Below, in pieces: positions 13,119 to 36,100 of a stretch of 64,000 bases of DNA. Positions within the stretch are counted from its first letter, which is position 1; every line of letters starts with the position of its first letter. The stretch covers positions 17,856,001 to 17,920,000 of the forward strand of contig OZ281494.1 of NCBI GenBank assembly GCA_965637545.1, written 5' to 3'. The DNA comes from Phallusia mammillata. Lineage: Eukaryota. The translations under genes were made by a program, and so were the position numbers. The notes under the pieces are model-generated. The model saw only the letters and a list, made by a program, of their open reading frames with translations, was not told where the DNA came from and made no database searches.

Positions 13119-14117
13119 CCGTAGGCTACGTTCGACAGTTCAGTGTTTGCCTGAAACGTGTGACATGATACTCGCAATTTTATATTGCCACTTGTTTTCG
13201 GTCATTGTTACCAAAAACCTATTTGTCACACTTGACACTGTACGAGGTTGCACTATTTTTGGATAATGAAAACGATGTTGACATCTTATTTAATTTCCGT
13301 ACCAGTACGAGATATAGCTTTGGGTACGGTGACACGCTCAAGTGGTAACAAAGTTCTTTGGTGGTAACGTGTAGGCTACCAACGTTCGCATGGCATGTTG
13401 TCATCCACAAAACACATATACATTCAAAATTATTATTTGTTCAACACTACTGGGTTTTGCATGATAAGACTAAAGTGAAAATAAAATTAAAAAGCACTGT
13501 AGTGTGAAATATATGTTTCAGATTACCCTTTTTAAATAAATTACGCGTCATGCTTCATTGCCGTTCGGTTAGCCTTCTGTACTGTACGACAGCACCCTTG
13601 TGGAACTGGTAGTTGGAGATGCAGTTGTAGTATTTTGGTTGTGGGTTTGCAATTTGTGTGTTTTTGTTGATGTTGATACTTAGTCCGAACAATTGAAAGC
13701 TGTTTTCTTTTTCACTTTTCCAGAGTACAAAAGCAATGTTAAACATTTGTACTTTATCATGGAATTGCAATGGCTGAAACATTAAAGGTTTGTTTTGCAT
13801 TTTATCATACTTTTTTGTTTGTACTTTAGTTTTGCCAAGATTGGTGAGTATACCCATATATGGATACCTTTTTATGAAAAACTGGAATTTTACAGAAATA
13901 TGCACACCTTTTTGTCAAATGTATGCACTTTTAAAGCTTTTAGCGTTAATCTCTATATATAGTAAAAAAGAAAATTCTTTACATTTTAAGTGTTTGATGC
14001 ATACCAGTCACAAGTTTACAAATAATTTTTAATGTCACTACAAACTTGAGAAATTTTAGATTAGAAATTTTATTTTGGCCTTTTATTTTTTATTTTGTCA
14101 AAATAATTCCATGGAAT

Positions 14118-14981
14118 TAGGGTTTCCTCCCAGGAATTTCCTGGCGAGACATTTCAGACAATCAAGCAAAAACGTTTTTTGTGTATAATATTGTGAAAAA
14201 ACAATCTTTATGTTCAAATTTCTGCTAACTGTAACCAAAATATGGCGTTTTGTAATTTTGATTTTTATAATAGTTTACAAATTTTTTTTTTTAAACAAGA
14301 TTGCAAATTTGGTTATAATCAACAAAATCATGGCTAATAAGATGCTTACAGTAAAATAACTAGTTTTAGTGATTGCACTGTAAAACTACCCACGCAAATT
14401 TTTCGGTCAGGATCCCGGGATTCCCCGAAAATAAAAAAAATATTTGCTGAATCCCAGGAATTAAAAAATCTGGGAAATAGAGGAACTAGAGTTCCTTCTC
14501 AAGAAATTCTCAAAAAATCTCGAAAAAATCGAGTCTCGACTCTCGAGAAATAAATAAAAATTTCTCGTGAAAAATTACGACACATATCATAAACAAAAAG
14601 TAAATGCGACACCTCTTATTACATGTATTTTTCATTTCAACTTGCCTCAACGCGCACTGGGCACATAACTTTCTTATTTTGCTTCTGAAACAGCGATTTT
14701 TAGCATGCATTGCCGCTAAACTTTCACCTTTCCCAGGCAGTAGTCATGCCTGGTTGTGTAAGATCTATAACAGTCGCTTCGTTTTTTGCTGGTTTGCCAG
14801 CGAATCACTACTTGCGATCGGTGCTAGAAGCGAAAAAGCGTACAATCGGAAATTTTTCGGTTTGTTTTTGTTAGAAAATTGGCTTAAATAAAGATTTCGA
14901 GACTCTCGAGATTCTCAAGAAATGAATTTTTAATTTCTCGTTTCTTGAGAAACGAAAAAGTTGAGAAATAGAGGAACCCTA
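14118..14981. mobile_element. Two abutting TAGGG-ended MITEs (hAT-like)
   Basis: TAGGGTTTCCTC...GAGGAACTA (to about 14488) joined to TAGAGTTCCTTC...GAGGAACCCTA, with subterminal CCCGGGA and CTCGAGA repeats; a related inverted copy begins at about 62830. Confidence 0.6.
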
Positions 14982-15459
14982 TCACACATGCAGCTTCTAT
15001 GCTAAACCGTACAACGTTGTTTGTATAATGATTCATTTTTTTTGGTCCCATTTAGTTTCCTTCTATTTGGCATGTTAAAAGCTGTAACATTGTAGGTAAT
15101 TATTTTTCGATCAAAAAATATTTTTCATTGAAGTGCTGAGAAACTTAATGAAAATCTTCCTCTCGAAATAAATGTACTTGACTACATACATGATTTGAAA
15201 ATGTTATTTCAAGCACGTTTTGAAAGTGTTATTTTAAAGCATAACCAATTTTTATGAATTATTTGCGAAAGCAGGCTTGTGATGACACACAACTTTATTG
15301 TAAATATATATAGGAAATTAATCTATTCCAATATGTTGAAAATCTGCCTGGAACTCATGCCATGTGCTTTGTTTATGCATTGTAATGAACAACTTGATGT
15401 TTTACTAAAAAAGTAAATGCAAAAATAAAAACTGTTTTAAGTGGCTCTTTATATTTCAG

Positions 15460-26749
<11,290 letters not shown>

Positions 26750-28528
26750 CCCGAAGTAACTCCGTTTGGGGTCACGTGCTATTTGAACTCTCGCCTCCTG
26801 GTCGGACGGCCTGAAGTAGTGGGTAGGGCTCTTGTCCGAACGTTGTGTTGTGCAAAGGCTTGTGTGCGAAAGTTCCAATAGGAGACTTACTTGGAACGTA
26901 AACCTAAGTACTACTGTATTGCACTATTGGACTTTTTATCTTTTTGACGATAATCACTTGAACGTGGCCTCGGTTGACATTTTCGTAGAAACAATATGTA
27001 TGCTGTGCACGATGTTCATTTCTCCTGGCAGAAAAACAAACCGAACGTTAACAAAAACATATGGTCGAACCATGGCGCAGAGTCACATCTGCAAACCCGG
27101 ATTAAATTTAAATCCGAGAACCGTCGGCTTTAGCGACAACAGCAAATATCACCACAGACAAGTTTTTGCACGAAAAATACAACACCTCTAGATCGTGTCT
27201 AAATGTCAGCACTTCTCGTGGCCACTAATTGCGTACAATCACATGTTTACTGCTAGGACATTTTAAAGTTGTTTCTATACGTTTTGGAAACGCACCCTTT
27301 CGCCCACGTCACAATTTTACTGCTATCGCCAAAAATGCGTAGTGACCACGTAGCACTAATACATATTTTGTGTACGACCTGACAGTGTTTTGTTTGCTCT
27401 TTGGCCTGTGTGCGTATTAGCACGACAAGAACGAAACATGGTATACGGAGCATCAGCGGAAGTTGCTGATAGACTTTTAGGGCAGGCGTCGAAAAAGTGA
27501 CGTAGTAACTTGCTACTCTTGCGCATTTGCGGTCCGCCGAAAACAGGGGCTTCCCCATCTTCCTACCGAAGTTTGTGCTGTGTCATAACACTGCTTGGCA
27601 CTTTTTCTGCAACAGCGAGTGCAGGTTTTTAAAGACAGCCCTACGTGTGACAAACAAGTGTTTTCAAAAACGTGTACAGTCTGCTTCATGTACAGCCTCC
27701 ATTTAGAGTCATTTTTCGTTAGCTGTGTAAAAAAAATGATTCCCATGAATTTCAAAATAGTTGCTTTTGATCAACGGTGCTTCCGGTTAAGGTAGATATG
27801 TCGTTTTACCTTTCAGTTATAATCAGTTGTGTAGTACATTTAGCAAATCTCAAACAGCCACTTATTAGTTACAATAATATTTTCTGAGCACGACCACATA
27901 CCCCCGTCAACAATCGCCTCTACCAATCCTCAATAATCGACAGGAAATTCTCAGAGCTCCGATAAAGTCGACATTCACCACTTGAACTTTTCCACCACCT
28001 GCACATCACATGCACCTGCTTGCTAGTAGCTGGTTTCCATCGACATTTCGTTCTTTCTTATCGGGCAATCACTGGGTGATTTCAATACGACAAGGAAGGT
28101 CTTGCAATGAGTTGTACACAGCACATGTCAATACTCCACTTTACCATTATTTTTTTTTAAAAAAAATCATTTACAACAAACCGAACTTAAAACTCAGTGA
28201 TTTACTGCAGTCTAGTCATTAAGTGTTTAAAGTTAAGTTTTGTTATAACGATGGCTAAGAATTTCCTGTGCTACCAGAAGCAAGACAAGAATACGTAAAC
28301 CCTTCATGTTAAAACCCCTACTTCACAAACTACACATTAAAATATTCGTTTAGGCCGGTGATAACCTGTCAATGTGGTCGTAAAATGCAGACTTTTGTAA
28401 CATCGGACCCACTGTTGTCCCCAAACAATGAAATAGAATTAGGGAGAGCCACAACAACGGTCGATCTCCATAGCAAACCGGTCGTCGCCAAGGCTGTACC
28501 GCCGCGCTTATCTGGGTCCGCGGGTTAG

Positions 28529-28572
28529 ATCACGTGACTGTTTGACGTCATCGCCGGTGGGATTGACGTCAC
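28529..28572. promoter_or_regulatory. E-box plus two CRE palindromes in a CpG-rich patch
   Basis: TCACGTGAC at 28530; TGACGTCA at 28543 and 28564. Confidence 0.4.
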
Positions 28573-31500
28573 TGACTTTTCACAAAAGCGTTGCCATACA
28601 AACAAGAATATTTGGCGCAAAAAGTCTGCTGTGAACGGGAGGTTTTCAAGACAACTAATACCAAATACTAATGGAACTGTCTTTCAAATGTCAGTGTTTT
28701 TATAAAAGATCGTTTTTATTGCTTGTTTTATTACTGGACCGTTCCAGACACAAGAAGTGGTATTTTGTATGCAAACACTTAAAACCATTCCAAATCTGTT
28801 CTGGAAATTGAAACCCGACTATGAAACATTCCACGCCTTTTTGACAACGACCAGCGTCAGGGCGACAGTTTTGAATTAAAATTAACTGGAATGTTTGCAT
28901 AGGCGTGTCCGACTTGAGCTACATTGAATCTCAATCATATAGGTCACAAAATGCCTACGCACCATACACACAAAGCAAGCATATTCGGGAATTTACTAAT
29001 CTGTTTTTTATTATCACTTACTTTCATAAAGGTATTTCAGCAATGGTAGCTATTTTTATTGTGGGATTTTTGTTTTGACTCATCTTGGCGCGCCTGACTT
29101 GAACAGCCAGATTTGGAAACCTACCCTTCATTCCTAGTCCTGCTGCCATAAATAGGCACCAGACCCTGATGTATCTCGGTTCATCGCATCATGCCAATCA
29201 ACGGAAGCACGTTTGATAAACAGGGCACTGTTACGTCACAACGAAAGGGGTGCCTACTTTTCTTATGTTTCAGAGTCCCCAAGTGACTTGTCGCTTCGAC
29301 CCCACTTGTCGCTAATTGTTGTTGGCACAATTGATTTTAATAAGTCATACGCGTTTGTTGCACGCCGGCTACTATGTGCACCCAGATTGACCTGGGCGTC
29401 TTGCCCAACTGATTCTGAAATATTCTGTAGGCTTTAGCTTTTACTAAACGTGTCATCAAAATAGAGGGGCATTTGAAAATGCAGCGCTTTACGTTTTTGC
29501 ACAAACGAAAGTAAATGTGTTAACTAAGTAGCCTATATTAGGTGTTAGCATACTCGTGACCCCTAACCTATACATTTGCCTTATGAAAGCACGCACATCC
29601 TCCCAACTACAAGGTACATTGTTGCAAAGGAGGAACGAACCCAGCTATTGTCCATCGAGCAAAAGGACGGTTTAAAGTTGTGCTTTTATGCCACATAAAT
29701 GTTGAGTTATCAAGGTTTGTTATTTCAAACATGGTATTCGTGACATTCATGAACTTTATTAGCTGCAAGGCACCTCAACAGAAAAATCACTTTTACCAAG
29801 TTTTTGATCTCATTAGTCTTTTGATAAAATTATGGTAAAATGAGTTCATTAAACAGGCTTTTGTGTGGCTGTGTGGCGCCAAGATGCTTACAGTGTTGCA
29901 TCTGCATGTGATAAGCCAATAGAGGAGAGCATGATGGAAATATTTGCTGTTTAGGATGCGTGCGCATCGCTATGCAAACAACAGTGAACATGATCACACT
30001 GTCTCATTACACAACTTTCACCGACTGCCCACGTCAGACGACACCTTATCAAGTCCCGAACGACGCGACTGGCTTGAGAATGACATCGAAATATGCGCAC
30101 TAAACTACACAGTCGTTCCTCTTTGCACTTGAAACGAAAGTTTTTGTGTTTTATGTTTGCATTAAAGAGAAACGCGTCGGTGATGCGCTGTGCAAACTGG
30201 TTGACTCACATTAGAACCGCCACCCAGTTTGAGACGCGCCACTGCCGTACTTTTTGTCGGAAATATCTGACTGGGCAGAAGGCGTCGCGGCGTGAACCCT
30301 TGGTTGCGAGACGAAGCTCCCGGAAATCGTCTGCAACAATCCAATGCCGCCGAAATAATTACCACTGTAAAGAGTGCTTCCTTCAACCATATAATGTTTA
30401 TGTCTATCACGTTTAATGCCAGCATCTTTCTAAAAGCTTTACTGCATTAAGTTGGAAGATAATTTTTGGGAGCTTTTGAAGGGTTTTGCACAACCGATAT
30501 AAAACACGAGCCACAACAAGTTGGGATCATTGATCGTATTTACATGCACAGCGTAGATGCGTTGAATTTCAAAATGAGATTGTCTGTAGCGAAGAAATTG
30601 TTACTGATTCCCTTTGCATTTGTTGCTTGAAATCTGCGAAAATATTCCTTTCTTCCTGAGTCATGTCCGGAGGAAAGTACACAGGAAGCATTCGACGCTT
30701 TACGGAAGCCACATCCATATGATCAGCAGCATGGCAAAACTTCCGGCAACCAACAAGCACAGGGTATTTTACAATAGAGCACAAAGGGACGAATCACCAA
30801 ACAGGTGTCAATTTTCGCTGACGGAAGCGGTGCAAGTCTTTGTTTTGTAGGGTTAGGCCGACGCCTTGCCACCGGTTATTGCTGCGTTCGTCTTGGATCC
30901 GAGCGTTCATTAACACTGACAAGTGGCTGCCGCCTAATCACGTTTGAGGCGCTCCCAACGACGATTTGCTTACTTTTCCACGCCAAACTGTGAGAAGATT
31001 ACCACTGGCGTATCAAGCTTGAGATCAATTGCCTTCCCATTGACGTCTTTCGAGCTGATGCGTCGAAATTAACTGTAATTTCAGGCGGCCACAGAACAAG
31101 ATTTCTACAATCGGTCCAGGCCTTCCTGCTTTCAAACACTGATCGAGGGAAATACTAATGGCATGCTGCATCGATGTTCAAGGCCATTTAAACCCGCAAT
31201 TTGCCATAAATTTTAAAACAGATTATTCTACCTAAAGCTCACCGGTCGTGTGGCAGCGACATTAATTAAGCTTAAAAGTTGTTACAGATCCGCACCTATT
31301 TAAATGAAATGAAATTTACAATTGTTGCACTATTTGTGTTTGCTAACCATGCCGCAAACTTACATATAAGGTAGTGTTGTGCAAAGCAAACCGAGTGGCG
31401 ATCACACAACTCAACATATCATCCATTTACGGTAGGCGCCGTATCGTACCAATGTTTACACGACGTCGTTGGTTGCTATAATCTTAAATCGACGGTACTT

Positions 31501-32055
31501 GTGTGAACACGAAGAGTACCGGGACAAATTTGGCCAAACCTTCGTCTTGCGCATTATAACCACGCGCACTACAGAGATGTTTGGAAAAACCGTAGATAGT
31601 TTCCATCGCAACATTTGTACCGTTTTAACTGGTTAAGCCAGGATGAGCACCCATCAGGATGCAATATACACCGCTGACTTATCGGCAAACTGTCAGTCAA
31701 GGTTAGTTTGATTAGAATCATTTGACAAAGTCACGAAATCGACTGTTTTTATTCCACAATGTTAACTGTGAGTTGGTAAAGTTTACCCTGCAAAGTTTAA
31801 ATTAAAACATGATGCGGAGGTTAAAACTTGGTTGTGTACTTTCGACAACTTTTCCAGTAGTTGCCTTTGTCTGAAGGGAAATATTGCAAATTGGGAGCTC
31901 GGCTTGGTACTCGTGTTTTTCCGACTCCCTTGTTCGCGAGCCAGTTCGCGAAACCTGACTATCACGCGTCCTAAAACTCCCCGACTGCTCCTCCACCGTA
32001 TTTCTTTATTGTGCGCGCTTTTTTCTGGTCTTGTTCTGTCTATGAGGCTCGGTGG

Positions 32056-32062
32056 TATAAAA
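32056..32062 (+). promoter_or_regulatory. TATA box of transcription unit A
   Basis: TATAAAA with an Inr-like TCACTCACAGT about 28-32 nt downstream. Confidence 0.6.
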
Positions 32063-32084
32063 CGTGGCGAGAACCAAAACATCA

Positions 32085-33185
32085 CTCACAGTCGAAGCGA
32101 AAAGCTGTTGGTTTATGTGAGATTGAGAACTGAAACTGTTCAAAACATGGATGTATACTTCAAACGAAAAAGCGTGGCGAAAGCACCGCCAAGAAGAGAT
32201 TGCAAGTACAAATGAAACATGGACTATATACACTTCATACAAATGTGAATTTTGAAGAAATTATGCATTTTCTAAGAAGAAACTAGAATGTCTAGTTGTA
32301 AGACTGACTGAAAGTGAAACGTGCAACTTGTTCACAACGAGGTCGCATTGTATATTACACTGATGATTTCTTGATAAAGACGAGGATTGCATCTAGCATG
32401 AGCTTTATCTCGAAACAGGCATGCGCAGAGAAACTTGCTCAGAACCTAAACGAGCAGCGCAGCAGCCTGCCTCAACGAAAACTAGTTGTTCACGATTTCG
32501 ACGTCTAGCCAGCCGCCATCGGGCCTACTATCTGCAAAGTAAAGCACTCAAGGATTCAGAAGACTGATGAGAGAACCCTGACTTTCGCAGATACGTTTGG
32601 CCAAGAATTCTGCCAAAAGAGGGACACTGTCCAGTAAAAGGCGCTGATGGAAATTGCTTTCAAGGTAAATTAAGTTTCATTACAGTTTTATTATCCATAA
32701 GGTTACCAATATTTATATAGTTGCAGTATTCATAAATAACAATAAACGAGCATAAATAACAATAACTTTTTTAGTGCAATGAAACTAATCATACTTTTAT
32801 CATTTTTAGAATTTTCAAAAACTTTCAACAACATCATTGACAACAATCGATACATTCTGATCACCGACAAAGCGTTTCTGACGCCTCACACCGAAACAAG
32901 CGCGAAGCAGTATCATATCATGGATTGGCACTGTAGCTGATGTAGTGAATATACAGCAGTCATTGTGCTACCACACGATCCTGTCTCGTGCCTACCATGT
33001 GACGTGATTATGCTCGTTAGGGCAAACATATCAAATCGACCGTTCATTTTTTATCAATGTAGTCTCAATAAGAAACGATTTTATTGTTTGTTTTTGTTGT
33101 TAATGTATTTGTATGTGTGTTTTACTCCGCCTTTGCTTTTGTTTTTCATGTTTTGTTGCAATAAATTGAAAAAGAGAGATTTTTG
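32085..33185 (+). ncRNA. Transcription unit A: spliced lncRNA or smORF transcript with a kink-turn hairpin
   Basis: TATA/Inr; intron 32665-32809 (AAG|GTAAAT, branch ACTAAT, TTTTTAG|); U/GU-rich 3' region and AATAAA at 33160; only short ORFs; homology blocks shared with unit B. Confidence 0.55.
32147..32940 (+). CDS. Alternative coding model for unit A: 87-aa unknown protein
   Basis: Exons 32147-32205, 32591-32664, 32810-32940 give MDVYFKRKSVAKAPPRRDCKYVWPRILPKEGHCPVKGADGNCFQEFSKTFNNIIDNNRYILITDKAFLTPHTETSAKQYHIMDWHCS. Good start context (AAACATGG), but the first donor is weak (GTACAA) and no homology is recognised. Confidence 0.3.
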
Positions 33186-36100
33186 TTTCGCTGATAAGAA
33201 AAGAAAATTAAACGCAAAGTTACAATATTACGGTGCCACACTTTAATTTGTAAGGAAGTCACGTTACAACGCTTTCAGTTGTGTTAGGGCTGAAGTTCAG
33301 AAGGTCTAGAGGGCGTATAAACAAACACTGGCAGAATGCTTCAATATGCTGTGCAAAGTAGGTAAACTTAAATAACCAGTAATTAACGTCGAGTAACGAC
33401 AAGCGGCTTAACAATTGAAGAAAGGTACAGTCGAGCAGACAAGAGTTTTCTACCGCCAGATCAATAAATATCTAAGTGTTGCCCAACAGTAAAACGGAAA
33501 TATTAGCTGTGGTTTGAGGTATCCGGACAGCGCTGGGTCACAATGGGCAAAGGAAACGCACCTAACAATTTCCTTGGCGCTACAAAGCCTGCTTGGCGGC
33601 AGTCGAGCGGCATTCAACCTTGACGCTTCCGTCCTGCCAAACCTGCGCGGACAGCATGTGCCACTTTGTCAACGTCGGCAGACGGAAAGCCACATCCGAG
33701 CCTTTGATTGTTTGCGCGGTGCGATGCTTGGCGCACTTTGGTCGTGACTGTAGTGTGAGATCGGACGTTCAACTATCGCCTTACCACAGCGATAGGAAGG
33801 GTTGGCTTTTCTCACATCAACTCACGGTGTGTAGGAGACTACTGCACACCGCCCAACGTGTGACTCACTGCAGAAAATCGCATAACCTGGAAGTCCAGTT
33901 TCACATTAAAGCATAGCGCGTAATCAGTGTTGCGAAACTGCGGAATTTCGTTTTTGTTGATTGTGATACATGTTGCACCGCGATGCTAAATTAGTGTTAC
34001 GTGTTGCACTTGGGACTCGAAAGTCACACTAGTGATTTATTGCGCAAATGTTCGTCAGGTCGACATTAGATAGGCAACTTAATAATTTAACATCTCATTT
34101 CTGTCCGATATGTTGGTGTTTCATTTGGTCTTGGCGGTGATAATTCTATTTTTGGCAGCGATGACTTATACAGCCTCGGGATTTTTTGTTTGAAAAATTT
34201 GGCACTACAGCCACGAAGTTAAATCTCACACGTGATTTTCAATAACGTGGTAATGAAATCGTTAGGTTATTTTGGTGCATATAATTTTCTGTATACAACC
34301 CAGTCCCTAATTGCTGCAGCAAACTGCGACCGCATTCGTCTTAACTGCGGCACGTTTCATCCCATTTGCGAACGCATATAGCAGTTCGAATCGTTATCGG
34401 CACTTTTCGTGGCACACACTAATCCTACGAGAAGGTGAACGCCTCTGCAAGGTCAGGCCTTAAGAAGGATGCAGCATCGGTTATAACAACACCCCAGGGC
34501 ACAGACCACCTCCAAGTTTGGGACGATCAGATCACGTACCCTCGCGAAGAAAACTATAAACTGTGTTTGCCCCCACCCTTTCTTCAAACGACGACCTGGT
34601 AAGTTGCCCTGGGTCGAAAAGGCTGTTTTTGTCTGCCAAGCTTAAAGTTCGTTTCTCAAAACCAATCAGGCAAACGAAAGCACAAAATTAGCATAAGCCG
34701 CCGGCAAGTGCGGATGTTAACGGCTGAATTCAAAATAACTTTCGCATCCAATTATCTAAGCGTCGACCTGGTAAAACCCAAACACCTCGAAAGGTGCTTG
34801 GTGCATATTTTTAATTACCAGGCAGTAACATGAATTGTTTATGTAGCCTAAAAGCCCAATGCGGTCAAGCTAAATACAGACACATGTCTATATTTTTAAT
34901 CTGGCATTTTGGGGTTCGACTGCTTTCATAGCTTAAAGAGTCTTTGGCCCTAACAGGCGTACAGACTTAAAAATAACGACTCGTAGTTTTCCCTCAACAC
35001 CAATCTAAAATTCCAGACTGTTTGAATGAAAGGAAGGCAATTTAAATTCAACCACTTCTCTTCCCGAGTGTCACCTTTCGCATCTTCTATTTACAAGCAA
35101 TCCTTTCCAACCGCAGACCACCGATCAGCCGTATGGCGGAGTGCATGCAAATCTCATGTTCCCGGCAGTTTGGCGCACCCAAACATTTGCCTGCCACGAC
35201 CCATAATCTCTAAGTGTCGATACGACGGACGAAAAAACTTTGCCACTGTCACGTTTTTTGGCCTCGCCCGATAAAAACTGGCCCATGCAAGGTGTGGCGA
35301 TTTGTGATTTTGTTATTGGGTTAGTCCATGCAAAATCACCGCCATAAAATAAGTTTGATACTTTTTAGACAAATAAAACCGGTTTAGGGTGCCATGTAAA
35401 TGCAAATGCCGTAAACAATATCAGACCGATTTTTTTGTCTACCTCGAAAATTCGAGATATTTCTGTTTGGTTACTCGTTTATGGTGTCACGAATGTAATC
35501 ATTTTTCTGTACTTTTTTGACAAATTATATTCATAACAAATAAAACTCAGCACGCTTTCTTGTACAGAAATTTATACATGTAATAATTGATCACTTAAAT
35601 CGGATCATAAAGTTGGGGATTTTTAGCAAATACGAAACATTAAAAATCTGCGTCAATACGTTCCAAAACCGGAGATTCTGCTTGTTGTTACGCGACTGGT
35701 TTGCGTGGAGGAGTCCGAAAGTAACCTTTTTTTAAGCGAAGCACGCAAATGTGCGCGTTGTGTCGGTTAATCCGCTTACTATTTAGATGCAGAGGCGTCT
35801 GCATAAGTTCATAATAACCCTCTCGTACAATTGTATAGAAAAATCTGTAGACACTGCTTGGCAGTAATGTTGTGGCAAAATTTTGTACTTTTCACAATAA
35901 CTTACATAATGTGTTGTAAAAAAAATCGCAGGTTGAAATTTGTAAATTAACGATGATTTTCTGCTCAGTTTCTAAATTAATCAATCACTATATTTTACAC
36001 GAATGCAAACCTTTACGTGTGGCATTATTATGATTCTCCTTGTCTAGAAACCGGTTTGATTTCGACATTAACTGCGGATTATCAGAAATGACACAAGCGT

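Noticed and set aside
32564-32595. Hammerhead ribozyme suggested by CTGATGA in units A and B
   Set aside because: The invariant GAAA after stem II is absent (GCAG / GCGG); the k-turn fold explains the conservation better.
32995-33045. SECIS-like hairpin in the 3' exon of A (GTGA...GA)
   Set aside because: The helix is irregular and the unpaired AA is not at the 5' side of the apical loop, so there is no support for a selenoprotein.
34198-34220. TTTGGCACTA resembling the miR-96 5' end
   Set aside because: Only the seed region matches and no precursor hairpin is evident.
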